DNA of 64,000 nucleotides from a bacterium (GCA_963662285.2 CAXXMV010000002.1:1504001-1568000), one strand, 5' to 3'. Shown: positions 9,401-20,731, numbered from the stretch's first letter. Notes: generated by a model from the sequence alone, not told the origin. A program made the numbers and translations.

Positions 9401-10723
9401 ATGACGAGTATAGAGATTAAATATCATTCCCTTACCAAATATTTCGTTTTAAAAGTTCTTGTCACGCTCGCTTTTTTTATGACTGATTTAGTATTTTTGC
9501 CTGAAGCTCAAGCCGATGAAAACGTACCTTCCAAGCAAAAAGAAATCGAAAAGAACTGGCCCCGCTTTCGTGGTCCCAATGGACTGGGAATATCGTTCTA
9601 CACGAATATCCCCACTTCGTGGAATGGAAAGACAGGCGAAGGTGTTCTTTGGAAAAAAGAGATTCCTCTTCCCGGTGAAAATTCTCCGGTGCTATGGGGC
9701 GATCGTGTTTTTGTAACTGGAGCTGATAGAGAAAAAAGAGAAGTCTATTGTTTCAACGCCAATTCGGGAGACCTGTTTTGGCGAAAATCAGTAGACAATA
9801 TTTCAAGTGATTCGGATTACCGAAAATTGCGTGAGTCTTCAGTATTGACCGCTTCGACATCGGCAACCGATGGCAAGCGAATATTCTCCATCTTTGCCAA
9901 CGGAGATATTTTTTGTCTTGATTTTGATGGGAATAGCATATGGTCAAAATGTCTTGGCCCAATCAAAAACGATTTTGGCCATGCGAGTTCGTTGCTAGTT
10001 TACCAAGACCTTCTAATTGTTCAACTTTATCAGGGTTTTGATGATGATGGGCTTTCAAAAATAGTGGCGCTTAGAACCAATAATGGAGCTGTTGCTTGGA
10101 GCGCAAAGATAAATCTTCCATACTCATGGGCGACTCCAATCGTTATTAACACAGGCAAGCGGGAGGAAATTATCACTTGCGGCAATCCCTGGGTAATTGC
10201 CTATGCCCCATTGACCGGAAAAGAACTTTGGAGAGCAGAATGTTTGGGTGGAGAAGTAACGCTTTCTCCTGTTTATTCAGATGGTCTTGTATTTGTCGCC
10301 AATGCCATGGCCTTGTGCGCCGCAATCCGCCCTGGGGGACAGGGTGATGTTACCGATACAAATGTTGTATGGGCTTTCGGTGACGTTGTAGCAGATATTT
10401 GCAGTCCATTAGCTACGGAGGATTTTTTATACCTTCTGGAATCGGGAGGATATCTTATTTGCTATGACGCTAAAACAGGAAAAACAATCTGGGAACACGA
10501 TTTGAAAAATGGATTTACCGCTTCTCCCAGCCAAGTTGGAGATCGTATTTATTTATTGGCCGAGGATGGTGTAATGACAATAATTAACAATGGCCGTGAG
10601 TTCAAAGAGATTGCGAAATGCGAGTTAGGTGAAAAAACGCAGGCGACTCCCGCTTTTTCAGATGGAGCGATCTATATCCGGGGCGAGAACAATCTTTACT
10701 GCATTGGACAAGAGCAGATGTAA
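9401..10723 (+). CDS. Secreted PQQ-binding-like beta-propeller protein
   Basis: NWPRFRGPNG, SSPV-type and G..LW repeats, ATPAFSDGAIYIRG end. Confidence 0.88.
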   Translation: MTSIEIKYHSLTKYFVLKVLVTLAFFMTDLVFLPEAQADENVPSKQKEIEKNWPRFRGPNGLGISFYTNIPTSWNGKTGEGVLWKKEIPLPGENSPVLWGDRVFVTGADREKREVYCFNANSGDLFWRKSVDNISSDSDYRKLRESSVLTASTSATDGKRIFSIFANGDIFCLDFDGNSIWSKCLGPIKNDFGHASSLLVYQDLLIVQLYQGFDDDGLSKIVALRTNNGAVAWSAKINLPYSWATPIVINTGKREEIITCGNPWVIAYAPLTGKELWRAECLGGEVTLSPVYSDGLVFVANAMALCAAIRPGGQGDVTDTNVVWAFGDVVADICSPLATEDFLYLLESGGYLICYDAKTGKTIWEHDLKNGFTASPSQVGDRIYLLAEDGVMTIINNGREFKEIAKCELGEKTQATPAFSDGAIYIRGENNLYCIGQEQM

Positions 10724-10784
10724 CAATATCGCGTTCTCTTGGTCGAGAAAATCATACAATTTTATAATCAACAAGGAAAGAAAA

Positions 10785-11393
10785 ATGAGTTTTATTTTCC
10801 AAAGGAATGCTCCAGCATTCACACTTATTGAGTTATTGATCGTCGTTGCGATTATTGGAATATTGGCGGCGATAGCTGTCCCTAATTTCCTGAGCGCCCA
10901 AGTACGAGCAAAAGTAGCACGAACAAAAGCGGATATGCGTTCAATTTCCACAGCGCTTGAAACGTATCGGATCAATTATAATTCATATCCTCCCGATGGA
11001 GATGATTTACCAAATTTTAATCCAATGGATTTCGATACAGCGGCTAGACTCAAAGTTTTAACAACCCCAATAGCATTTATGTCGAATTTACCGAATGATC
11101 CGTTTCATGCCAACGATATAGAATTTCCTCCAGAAACGGGAATTCAATTGCTGTTTCCAAATGGCGGACCTTATACATACATTTATACAACATTCGGAAA
11201 TCATGCTGGAGATGAACGTCAAGCACCTAATTTGGGTAAACCAAATAATTATGGACTTAGTTCTCTGGGGCCGAATCAAATATTTAACGCTTTTATTGGA
11301 TATCCCATTCTCTATGATATGAGTAATGGTGTCGTATCTGACGGAGATATCACAATAGTTGGCGGAGAACGTACACCACTTTCTCCTCAATAA
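10785..11393 (+). CDS. Prepilin-type N-terminal cleavage/methylation protein (pseudopilin-like)
   Basis: AFTLIELLIVVAIIGILAAIAVPNF class III signal; start moved to the ATG at 10785 after AAGGA. Confidence 0.9.
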   Translation: MSFIFQRNAPAFTLIELLIVVAIIGILAAIAVPNFLSAQVRAKVARTKADMRSISTALETYRINYNSYPPDGDDLPNFNPMDFDTAARLKVLTTPIAFMSNLPNDPFHANDIEFPPETGIQLLFPNGGPYTYIYTTFGNHAGDERQAPNLGKPNNYGLSSLGPNQIFNAFIGYPILYDMSNGVVSDGDITIVGGERTPLSPQ

Positions 11394-11461
11394 TTTATTT
11401 ATTCAGACGCATCTCATTTTTGTGGTTATAATGAGTTGATTCTACTATAGGCAAGAATTTA

Positions 11462-12577
11462 ATGAACTTAAAGTTTTTTCATGAAAATGTTTGGAAGGGA
11501 ATGATTCTCTTCGGATTCTTTACCCTTGCGGGCATAATCTCCGCATTACCTTTCTGGTTCTTTGCAACCAAACACGGGAAATACGATTCTCCGTACATGA
11601 TCCTTTTTCAGGGATTGACGGAGTGGTACTTATGGATTTTATTCATTCCTCTCATCTACTGGATATATAAAACTTTCCCCATACAGGCACAATCTCTTGT
11701 AAGAAATATTTCCATCAATTTTCTCCTATCCTTTATCGTCATCCTGGGGAAAACATTATTAGATCAAACGATGCAGGTCCATTTTTGGAATACAAATCCT
11801 AACCCAAAACCATTGTTGGATGTGATATATTATACCTTTTTCTCTCCAAAGACATTTGCTCTCTTGTTGACCTATTGGTTAATTATGATGTTCATATACA
11901 TGATTCAATACTACAAGGAATTGCAAGAGCGCAAGCTGGTATCGTCGCAACTCGAAGTTCAATTGGCCCAGGCGCATCTGAGCGCGTTAAAGATGCAAAT
12001 CCAACCCCATTTTCTCTTCAATACGTTAAACTCCATCACATCGCTCTTGAGGAAGAATGTCGACGCCGCAGAAGATATGATTATCAATCTAAGCGACATG
12101 TTAAGATATAGTCTAAGAACAACAGACATACAGGAAGTGACTCTTGGGGAGGAACTTGATTTTTTACAACATTATCTGGATATCGAAAAAAAACGTTTTC
12201 AGGACCGTTTAACCACAGAATTTCAAATTGAGCGAGACGCCTTAGATGCCTGGGTTCCAAGCATGTTTCTGCAACCCATTGTAGAAAACTCGTTCCGCCA
12301 CGGGATTTCAAAACAAATCGGCTCCGGCAAGATTACCATTCGAAGTCAACGTTTAGGGGATGCTTTAAGCGTGTCAGTCCTGGATACGGGAGAAGGTTTT
12401 CTTCATGTAAAAGATAAAGAAGGTATTGGCCTTAGCAATACACGGAAACGCCTGGAAAAATTATATGGATCGTCTTTCGATTTGCAATTTGGACGTACGG
12501 AAAACAATGAGACGATTGTAACAATTTCAATTCCATTTACAGAAAAAAAAGATAACATAAGAAATGACAAATCATGA
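11462..12577 (+). CDS. LytS/YehU family sensor histidine kinase
   Basis: TM N-terminus, QIQPHFLFNTLN H-box, LQPIVEN, GIGLSN. Confidence 0.92.
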   Translation: MNLKFFHENVWKGMILFGFFTLAGIISALPFWFFATKHGKYDSPYMILFQGLTEWYLWILFIPLIYWIYKTFPIQAQSLVRNISINFLLSFIVILGKTLLDQTMQVHFWNTNPNPKPLLDVIYYTFFSPKTFALLLTYWLIMMFIYMIQYYKELQERKLVSSQLEVQLAQAHLSALKMQIQPHFLFNTLNSITSLLRKNVDAAEDMIINLSDMLRYSLRTTDIQEVTLGEELDFLQHYLDIEKKRFQDRLTTEFQIERDALDAWVPSMFLQPIVENSFRHGISKQIGSGKITIRSQRLGDALSVSVLDTGEGFLHVKDKEGIGLSNTRKRLEKLYGSSFDLQFGRTENNETIVTISIPFTEKKDNIRNDKS

Positions 12578-13350
12578 GTATTCCTAAGATACGCACTCTG
12601 ATCGTTGATGATGAATCACTCGCTCGTGATAGAGTATGCGCGTTGCTTGGCGAGGTTGAAGAGATCGATATCATTGGAGAATGCTCTAACGGTCTTCAAG
12701 CAGTAAAATCGATACTGGAAAACAAGCCTGACCTTATTTTTTTGGATATTCAAATGCCCGGTATGGATGGCTTTGAAGTGATTCGAACCATTGGCGTGAA
12801 GAATATGCCAACGATAATCTTTGTTACTGCTTACGATCAGTATGCCGTTCAAGCATTTGAGAATCATGCATTCGATTATCTATTAAAACCATTTAATTCC
12901 AAAAGGCTTATCGCTGCGGTTGAACGAGTTATGCCATTAATTAACCATCAAGCCGCGGATAATATCCATAAACGCCTTGATGATTTAATGGAGCAGATTA
13001 AACATAAGGAAAATTATATAGAAAGAATTCTGATCAAAGCGGCAAATCGCATCTATTTTATTAAAGCCGAAGAAATAGAGTGGATTGAAGCGGCGGGAAA
13101 TTATGTTGATATTCATACCGGCCAGGAAACTCATCTTCTTCGTGAAACGATGAACAACATCGAAGCAAAACTCAATCCTTCCAAGTTCTTGCGCATCCAT
13201 CGTTCAACCATCGTGAACATCGATCAAATCAAAGAGATGCAGCCCGATGTGGATAATAACCATATTGTTATTCTGAAATGTGGAAAGCAAATTACTATGA
13301 GTCGTGGACAACGTGAAAAGTTGAGAAACCTTATCGGCTCATATTTTTAA
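12574..13350 (+). CDS. LytTR family response regulator
   Basis: Receiver DLIFLDIQMP and FVTAYD; LytTR motif FLRIHRSTIVN; overlaps the kinase stop codon. Confidence 0.93.
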   Translation: MSIPKIRTLIVDDESLARDRVCALLGEVEEIDIIGECSNGLQAVKSILENKPDLIFLDIQMPGMDGFEVIRTIGVKNMPTIIFVTAYDQYAVQAFENHAFDYLLKPFNSKRLIAAVERVMPLINHQAADNIHKRLDDLMEQIKHKENYIERILIKAANRIYFIKAEEIEWIEAAGNYVDIHTGQETHLLRETMNNIEAKLNPSKFLRIHRSTIVNIDQIKEMQPDVDNNHIVILKCGKQITMSRGQREKLRNLIGSYF

Positions 13351-13475
13351 CTCAATGAATCAATAATTAAGATTATTGGGTATAATAAATATCAGTTAAA
13401 TATATAGAAGATTATAACCAAGAAAAACGATGGAAAAAGAAGCAAGACGCTGAATTACAGGGCTGAGGGCCAGGT

Positions 13476-14363
13476 ATGACTTTAATGAATGAATCTATCA
13501 AAATGAATCGATCAACTCTTGTTTTCTGTCAATGTAAGAATAGCGATTCAATCCCGGAAGACGTCAAACAAACCGTTTGCAATGCGCTAAACAAGTCGTC
13601 CATTGAATTCAATTCGGTGGATGATCTTTGCGGTTTAGCGGCGAATCAAGATGAATGGTTCGGCAAATTAAAAAACGATCAAAAACATACTATCGTTGCT
13701 TGCACCGAACGCGCAGTCAAATGGTTATTTCATCTGGCAGGATCAGAGATGCCCGAAAAAACAACGGTGCTCAATATGCGCGAGATGAATGCCGATGCGA
13801 TTCTGCAATCATTAAACATAGAAAAACCATGCAGTTCATGCTTACAGGATCAGGCTGAAATCAAACCTGAAATGGATGTTACCTGGATTCCCTGGTTCCC
13901 GGTCATTGATTATGATCGCTGTACACACTGCAAACAGTGCCTGAATTTCTGTCTGTTCCGTGTTTTTGAACTGGATGAAAAAGAGAATGTCATTGTTAGG
14001 AATCCCTCAAATTGCAAAACCAGCTGCCCCGCTTGCGCAAGAGTCTGTCCAGAAAGAGCTATCATATTCCCGAAACATGAATCATCACAAATAAATGGAA
14101 GCGATATTCAACCAAATGAAGTAAAACAAGAAACGAATCTGAATATTCTTCTCCAAGGTGATCTGCAAGATATCTTGCGAAAACGAACTGCCGGGGCCAA
14201 AGGAAATTATCCAACGATGCAAGACATCGCTTTGGCTCAGGAAGAACGGAAAAAATGCGGCTGCGAGCCATCATCTCCCGTTCAGATCGGCCTAATGGGT
14301 AATATGAATCCTGTAAAAAAAGCACCGTCAAGCAATAAAGGAGATATAAACAGCAGTGGTTAA
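13476..14363 (+). CDS. 4Fe-4S dicluster ferredoxin-domain protein
   Basis: [11 protein letters not shown] and [13 protein letters not shown] motifs plus extra N-terminal cysteines. Confidence 0.85.
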   Translation: MTLMNESIKMNRSTLVFCQCKNSDSIPEDVKQTVCNALNKSSIEFNSVDDLCGLAANQDEWFGKLKNDQKHTIVACTERAVKWLFHLAGSEMPEKTTVLNMREMNADAILQSLNIEKPCSSCLQDQAEIKPEMDVTWIPWFPVIDYDRCTHCKQCLNFCLFRVFELDEKENVIVRNPSNCKTSCPACARVCPERAIIFPKHESSQINGSDIQPNEVKQETNLNILLQGDLQDILRKRTAGAKGNYPTMQDIALAQEERKKCGCEPSSPVQIGLMGNMNPVKKAPSSNKGDINSSG

Positions 14364-15876
14364 TTCATCTTTGAAACCTTCAGTCATTCTTGTTGCGGAC
14401 CGGACGCTTTCCAGTAATTATAAAATTCTGTTCGAGGGTATTTTCGCCACCATGCAAACTACGAAAGTCCCTGAACTGGCTATGAAATTGCTTGTATCGC
14501 CAAAAATGCCTACGGACAGCCAAGGCCGCGCAATGGCCGTCCCTTTAGGTTTGCGCCGTTTAGAAGCGGCTCTAATCGAACAAGGCGTGTTACATGAAGA
14601 CGAAGTGGTTTGCACAACTCCAGAAGCGCTAGAATCTCTCCTGGGACCATGGGTGAAAATAGTCGGGATCAGTTCCAGCGACCCACTCGGGCAAGGTATG
14701 AGCAACACTACTACCGACAAATTTTGGAGCGGAGAACTCTACACTAAAGTCTGGACTGCCAAGATGATGGGCGAACTGAAAAAGGCCAAGGAGAAATTCA
14801 ATTTTAAAGTTATTGGCGGCGGAGCTGGAGCATGGCAATGGCAGAACGCTCCGCAAGAATGTCAAAACCAGGGAATAGACCATCTCTTTATTGGCTACGG
14901 TGAATCAAAAGGCGTTAATTTAATCCGCGATCTACTCAATGATAAAGACGCTTCATTCACGACAATAGAAAAAGACAACACTGTCGGCGACATACCTAAA
15001 ATCCGTCATGCTTCACTCCTTGGAATCATCGAACTCTCGCGGGGCTGCGGAAAAGGATGCCGTTTCTGCACGCTCGCCAAACAACCGATGGTGCATTTAC
15101 CTGCCGATACCATCCTCTCCGACATCGAAACCAATGTCTCTCAGGGAGTAACTTCAGTTGTTAGTGGAAGCGAAGATTTTTTCCGCTACGGCGCAACCGG
15201 TTCCAAAATCAATTTTGATGCACTCCATCAGTTATTTACTGAAATGAAGAAAATCAAGGGACTCTCATTCATGCAGATCGACCACGCCAACATTTCGTCG
15301 GTCTTACAAATGAGCGATGACCAACTCAAAGAAATCCGGTCTCTTCTCCAATGGGAGAAAATGAGTGATTACCTGTGGGTGAACATGGGCGTCGAAAGCG
15401 CCAATGGAAATCTGGTCGCGGCCAACGGAGCAGCTAAAATGCATCCCTTCGATCCTTCAAACTGGGAAGACATGGTCAAAGACGCCGTCGCCCGTTTAAG
15501 CAGAACAGGCTACTTTCCCGTTCTCAGCATCATTCTAGGTCTCCCTGGTGAAACAGAAGACGATGTTGAAAGAACGATCCAACTCGTGAAAGAAATCTCG
15601 CGTCAATCTGCGGTAGTATTCCCGGTGTTCTATGAGCCGGTGCTTCCGGGAGAACAACGCTTTACACTGGAAAGCATGACCGCCAAACACCTGAAACTCT
15701 ATGCCATGTGCTATGAAATCAACTTTAAGCATGTTCCTGAAATGTACTGGGACAATCAACGGGCAGGAGGCGTGCCATGGCTCAAACGTGCGCTAGTCCG
15801 ACTTTTGGGTAAAACAGAAATTAACGCGTGGCGCAAGAAGTTTAGACAATTGGAAACGACTCTTGCTGTCCAATAA
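14356..15876 (+). CDS. Radical SAM protein, probably with an N-terminal cobalamin-binding-like domain
   Basis: [13 protein letters not shown] (CxxxCxxC), [18 protein letters not shown] and GLPGETEDD motifs. Confidence 0.85.
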   Translation: MVNSSLKPSVILVADRTLSSNYKILFEGIFATMQTTKVPELAMKLLVSPKMPTDSQGRAMAVPLGLRRLEAALIEQGVLHEDEVVCTTPEALESLLGPWVKIVGISSSDPLGQGMSNTTTDKFWSGELYTKVWTAKMMGELKKAKEKFNFKVIGGGAGAWQWQNAPQECQNQGIDHLFIGYGESKGVNLIRDLLNDKDASFTTIEKDNTVGDIPKIRHASLLGIIELSRGCGKGCRFCTLAKQPMVHLPADTILSDIETNVSQGVTSVVSGSEDFFRYGATGSKINFDALHQLFTEMKKIKGLSFMQIDHANISSVLQMSDDQLKEIRSLLQWEKMSDYLWVNMGVESANGNLVAANGAAKMHPFDPSNWEDMVKDAVARLSRTGYFPVLSIILGLPGETEDDVERTIQLVKEISRQSAVVFPVFYEPVLPGEQRFTLESMTAKHLKLYAMCYEINFKHVPEMYWDNQRAGGVPWLKRALVRLLGKTEINAWRKKFRQLETTLAVQ

Positions 15877-15929
15877 AATAATATGGTGATATAGTCATCT
15901 ATGAATAAGAAAAATTCCGGGATTTATCA

Positions 15930-17618
15930 ATGCAAGAATTAAACGAGACAAAATTGGAACTGCCGCTGGCTACCCAATCGCTACCCATTCAGGACAACAT
16001 CTGTCAAACCAAATCCGAGCGGGATGAACTCCGTTCGGTTATCCACGCCTATGTTCAGCAAGAAAACCTGATTGCCCCTCTATCCATAGATGAACTATCA
16101 TACCATGCAAATGCAATCTTGAAGATCGCTGGATGTGATGCAAAATACCAAGACTATACAGCCATCCTGGTTCACAATGAACTCTGGTCTCAACGCGTCA
16201 GTCAAATCCCTTATGATAGGAGACTATTGCTTCTTCCGCGTTGCTTTAAGCACCAAGAACTCTGCCAGGCTCAAGAAGACAGCCTGGGCCTTATCTGCGC
16301 TCATTGTGGGAACTGCGCCATTGATGATCTACAAACCGAAGCCGAACAGTTAGGTTATATGGTCATGGTCGCTGAAGGATCACCAGTTGTTATGGCCTTG
16401 ATCGAATCAGGAAAAATTGAAACTGTCATCGGTGTTTGTTGCATCTCCGTCTTAGAAAAAGTCTTCCCCTACTTGGAAGCTGGCGCCATACCTGGAATCG
16501 CAATTCCCTTACTCCGCGATGGGTGCTTTGATACGTATACCGACATGGATTGGGTCTGGGAAGCCATTTACCTCAACTCAGATAATCCCGTTCCAAGAAT
16601 GGATATAAACTCACTCAAACAAGAAGTGCAAAACTGTTTCGATCTCAAAACGCTAGAATCCTACATGGGATCCCCACAGAGCGAAACCGAAAAGATCGCC
16701 CTTCAGTGGCTGGCAAAATCTGGCAAACGCTGGCGTCCTTATCTAGCGGCATGCGTCTATCAATCATTACGCGACGACTCTTCAGCGCCGTTGCCCGGAT
16801 CGATATGTAAATTATTAATCGCAATCGAATGCTTCCATAAAGCATCGCTCATCCATGACGATATTGAAGATAATGATAACCTGCGATATGGAGAAGAGAC
16901 GCTGCATGTCCAATACGGCGTTCCCGTTGCGCTCAATGTCGGCGATATTCTGGTCGGCGACGGATACCGCCTGATTGCAGAATTAGATATCTCTAATGAC
17001 CAGAAAGTAGACATGCTGTATATCGCGGCTCTTGGACACCGGACCTTATGCCAAGGCCAAGGCGCAGAACTCTGTTGGCAACAACATCGCTCACCACTCT
17101 CCATCAATGATATTCTCGATATCTACAAACAAAAAACCGCCCCGGCTTTTGAAGTTGCGCTCAGGCTTGGAGCCATGTTTGCCGGTATGGATGATAAGAT
17201 CGGCAATATCCTCCAGCAATACAGCACGGCTTTGGGCATTGCCTATCAAATAAGAGACGACTTTTCCGATAGCGGTTTGGAAGAAGGGCAGAGCCTAAAT
17301 AACCATAACTCAATGGATATCTCTCTGCTCATGGCTGTCGCTTATAAGAAAGCCAATGAAGGCGACAAAAAAATACTCAAAGCGTTTTGGCAACAGTCAA
17401 CATCAGACGCGCAAAGCGCAGACCAAATCTACAACCTAATGAAACAACTGAAAGTTATTAATGACATTCAGGCGTTATTCCAACAATACAAGAATGATGC
17501 GTATTCAGTACTCTCACCTATTGATAATCCAAATTTAAAATGCGTTCTTCACCGGGTTATTGGCAAAATCTTCAGTGATATAACAAATATGGGTTGTTGC
17601 AATGACTATAAGACTTGA
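15930..17618 (+). CDS. DUF116-polyprenyl diphosphate synthase fusion
   Basis: Cys-rich DUF116-like N-terminus (LLLLPRCF..C...C..C..C, GVCC) followed by GKRWRP, FARM HDDIED and SARM QIRDDFSD. Confidence 0.85.
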   Translation: MQELNETKLELPLATQSLPIQDNICQTKSERDELRSVIHAYVQQENLIAPLSIDELSYHANAILKIAGCDAKYQDYTAILVHNELWSQRVSQIPYDRRLLLLPRCFKHQELCQAQEDSLGLICAHCGNCAIDDLQTEAEQLGYMVMVAEGSPVVMALIESGKIETVIGVCCISVLEKVFPYLEAGAIPGIAIPLLRDGCFDTYTDMDWVWEAIYLNSDNPVPRMDINSLKQEVQNCFDLKTLESYMGSPQSETEKIALQWLAKSGKRWRPYLAACVYQSLRDDSSAPLPGSICKLLIAIECFHKASLIHDDIEDNDNLRYGEETLHVQYGVPVALNVGDILVGDGYRLIAELDISNDQKVDMLYIAALGHRTLCQGQGAELCWQQHRSPLSINDILDIYKQKTAPAFEVALRLGAMFAGMDDKIGNILQQYSTALGIAYQIRDDFSDSGLEEGQSLNNHNSMDISLLMAVAYKKANEGDKKILKAFWQQSTSDAQSADQIYNLMKQLKVINDIQALFQQYKNDAYSVLSPIDNPNLKCVLHRVIGKIFSDITNMGCCNDYKT

Positions 17619-18483
17619 GATGATCCAAACCGCCAAATTCGGTGCGGCTAGTTTAAACCCGACCATAGCCAATCAAATCATTAATTTCGTGAGCAGCTTA
17701 CACAATCCTGATGGCGGATACCGCGGACGCAGCACGGCGAGCGATTTATACTATACCGTCTTCGCCATGAAAATCCTGTTATCATTTAATGCAGAGTTGC
17801 CCGTAGATAAAATTGAAGCCTATTTAAACTCTATCAGCGCCGGTCAACCTCTCGATCTTGTTCACTTATCTTGCCTGGCCCGCTGCTGGGCGAATTTACC
17901 TGATAAAAAGCCTTCATTTGAAAAGCGCGCTTCAATCATAGAACAGATCAAAAGCTGCTGGATCGGCCCAACAGGATTCGCCAATCGGCCAGGAGAAAAA
18001 AAAAGTTCAATTTACAGCACATTCATGGCATTGAGCGCGTATCAGGATTTAGAAGAGGCCATGCCCGATCAGGAGGCCATTATTGATTGGCTCTTTTCCA
18101 ACGAAGCAGCTGAAGAAGGTTTTGCGTTTAAGACGGATGCCAACGGTTTAACGCCAATCACATCAGGCGCCGTTATCCTGCTCAAGCATTTAAGCGTTGC
18201 GGTTCCAGATGAAACCAGGCAATGGCTGCTCAACAGACATAATCCGGATGGTGGATTCTACGCCGCATCTCTGCTGCCTCTCCCCGATCTATTATCCACA
18301 GCTACCGCTCTGCATGCATTAAAAGCGTTAAACGTTTCCCTCGATGAAATCCGTGAGCCTTGCTTAAACTTTGTTAATAGCCTTTGGCGTAAACACGGTT
18401 TCTGCGGGATGACCGTTGATGAAACAGTTGATTGCGAATACACCTTCTATGGATTGCTTGCGCTTGGTAACTTATTAGAATAA
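17602..18483 (+). CDS. Prenyltransferase/squalene oxidase repeat protein (single alpha/alpha barrel)
   Basis: HNPDGGY and HNPDGGF repeats, DLYYT and DCEYTFY motifs. Confidence 0.8.
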   Translation: MTIRLEMIQTAKFGAASLNPTIANQIINFVSSLHNPDGGYRGRSTASDLYYTVFAMKILLSFNAELPVDKIEAYLNSISAGQPLDLVHLSCLARCWANLPDKKPSFEKRASIIEQIKSCWIGPTGFANRPGEKKSSIYSTFMALSAYQDLEEAMPDQEAIIDWLFSNEAAEEGFAFKTDANGLTPITSGAVILLKHLSVAVPDETRQWLLNRHNPDGGFYAASLLPLPDLLSTATALHALKALNVSLDEIREPCLNFVNSLWRKHGFCGMTVDETVDCEYTFYGLLALGNLLE

Positions 18484-18496
18484 ACAGAGGATTGAC

Positions 18497-20359
18497 ATGA
18501 GTTTCAACATCAATGATCTAACAACAACATTAAACAATACCCGGCAACGCTTACTCCATGAACGCAACCAACAAGGCCATTGGGAAGGCGAACTTTCCAG
18601 CAGCGCCCTCTCAACCGCAACGGCGGTTGTGGCCCTGGCGTTAACCGACTCTAAAAAACACCGGCGCCGCATCCAAAAGGGCTTGGATTGGCTAGTTCAT
18701 AACCAAAACCAGGATGGCGGCTGGGGGGATAGCGCATGCAGTCCAAGCAATATCAGTACAACCACGTTGGCATGGGCCGCTTATGCTGTAGCGGAAAATG
18801 AATCTATCTACCAAAAGACCATAGATGGAGCAGGTCAGTGGATAATTAAGAAGTCAGGCAGTTTAGATATTGAAGCACTCGCGGATACCATCACCGCTTG
18901 CTATGGAGAAGACCGGACTTTCTCTGTACCGATCTTGACGCATTGCGTCTTAAGCGGGAGATTCGGCTCAGACTGTAAAACATGGTCATTAATTAAACCG
19001 CTGCCTTTTGAGTTCGCCCTGGTTCCGTTCTGGTGCTTAAAATGGCTGCGAATCACGGTTGTCAGTTATGCGCTTCCCGCGCTAATCGCTATCGGTCAGG
19101 TAAGGCATCATCACGCTCCTCCCAAGAATCTCCTGGTGCGAATCGTGCGCAATCTAGCTCGCTCCAGAACATTAAAACTCCTAAACCGCATACAGCCCGG
19201 CAGCGGTGGATTTCTGGAAGCAACGCCGCTAACAAGTTTTGTAACCATGTCGCTGGCATCATCCAATGAAAAAGATAATCCCGTCGTCAAAAAAGCCATT
19301 GAGTTTTTAACGCAATCACAAAGAGAAGATGGCAGCTGGCCCATTGATACTAACCTGGCCACATGGGTAACAACTTTAAGCATAAATGCACTTGCGATTA
19401 ACAAAGATTTTCACAATATCCTTCAAGAAAAAGACCGGACGGCCATCACAACCTGGCTATTGATGCAACAAAACCGTGACATTCATCCCTATACCCGCGC
19501 AGGCGCAGGAGGATGGGCCTGGACTGATTTAGCGGGAGGCGTCCCCGACGCTGACGACACGGCAGGAACTCTTATCGCATTACAAAACCTGGGAATTTAT
19601 AATGAAAAAGTGAGAGAATCTATCCAACCAGGCATTCTATGGTTTTTGCAATTGCAAAACAGCGATGGCGGCATCCCGACTTTCTGCCGCGGCTGGGGAA
19701 AACTTCCCTTCGATCAAAGCGCCCCGGATCTAAGCGCTCATTTCATTTCAGCATTAATGATTTGGTCGCAGACAAACAAGTTGCCAGAGCGCCTCAATCT
19801 AAAAATCAAAAAGGCCATCAAGAAAAACCTGCATTACTTAAAAACCGCGCAAAAAGAAAATGGTTCCTGGATACCTCTGTGGTTCGGCAACAACCACGCC
19901 CCAAAAGAAGAGAATCCCGTCTATGGAACAGCGTTGGTAATATCATCTCTTGCAAGCCTGGAAATAATCCCGGACAATGACCTTACCGGGATGATATCAA
20001 GAGGCCATAAATACATCCTGCAAACTCAAAACACGGATCAAGGTTGGGGAGGCGCAAATGATATCCCCTCAAGCATTGAAGAAACCGCCCTGGCGGTCAG
20101 TGCTCTATCTCTAACACTGACCTGGTGTTATAAACATGAAATTGCGCCAGAATGCTTTGATCAGCAAAATATTAAAAATTCAATTCAACAAGGCATAGTT
20201 TGGCTCATCAACAAAACCAACCAAGGCGCAGAGTTCCCCCCATCGCCAATAGGTCTTTACTTCGCCAAACTATGGTATTACGAAAAACTTTACCCCATCA
20301 TCTTCACAACCAGAGCTCTTGAAAGAGCAAACACAATCCTATATCTACTGGATGAATAA
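18497..20359 (+). CDS. Squalene-hopene cyclase-like class II terpene cyclase
   Basis: QW repeats (QNQDGGW, QREDGSW, QKENGSW, QNTDQGW), catalytic DADDTA, GLYFAKLWY end. Confidence 0.88.
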   Translation: MSFNINDLTTTLNNTRQRLLHERNQQGHWEGELSSSALSTATAVVALALTDSKKHRRRIQKGLDWLVHNQNQDGGWGDSACSPSNISTTTLAWAAYAVAENESIYQKTIDGAGQWIIKKSGSLDIEALADTITACYGEDRTFSVPILTHCVLSGRFGSDCKTWSLIKPLPFEFALVPFWCLKWLRITVVSYALPALIAIGQVRHHHAPPKNLLVRIVRNLARSRTLKLLNRIQPGSGGFLEATPLTSFVTMSLASSNEKDNPVVKKAIEFLTQSQREDGSWPIDTNLATWVTTLSINALAINKDFHNILQEKDRTAITTWLLMQQNRDIHPYTRAGAGGWAWTDLAGGVPDADDTAGTLIALQNLGIYNEKVRESIQPGILWFLQLQNSDGGIPTFCRGWGKLPFDQSAPDLSAHFISALMIWSQTNKLPERLNLKIKKAIKKNLHYLKTAQKENGSWIPLWFGNNHAPKEENPVYGTALVISSLASLEIIPDNDLTGMISRGHKYILQTQNTDQGWGGANDIPSSIEETALAVSALSLTLTWCYKHEIAPECFDQQNIKNSIQQGIVWLINKTNQGAEFPPSPIGLYFAKLWYYEKLYPIIFTTRALERANTILYLLDE

Positions 20360-20431
20360 GTTTGACCTGAAATAATGTTGCAGTTATTTGTGAAGCACAC
20401 AGAACATATCCGTTTTAGAAGCAAGACCATC

Positions 20432-20731
20432 ATGACTAAGAAGGTATTTTATCTTTCGCTCATTTTATTCGCCTCAATACAGGCGTCCGCTGATATTACT
20501 ATAGTGGCCAATCCAGGCCAATTTGAAAGCATAGAAAAAGCAGCCAATGCAGAAAAACAGGTTGATTTCTGGGATGCGGATTTAACCGATGACCGCGCCT
20601 GCACAGAGTGTTTTGCGGCGTTGGAATTGAAGACCTTCCTGCTCAAATCCCTCTGTGCCAGTTTTTTTCAGCAGAGATCTAGGTTGAATCCTATTTTCTT
20701 TATTTTCCATTTTGAAGAACCTCGGTTATAA
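20432..20731 (+). pseudogene. Truncated N-terminus of a secreted protein
   Basis: Signal peptide MTKKVFYLSLILFASIQASA and about 55 natural-looking residues, then an atypical tail running into AT-rich DNA. Confidence 0.45.
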
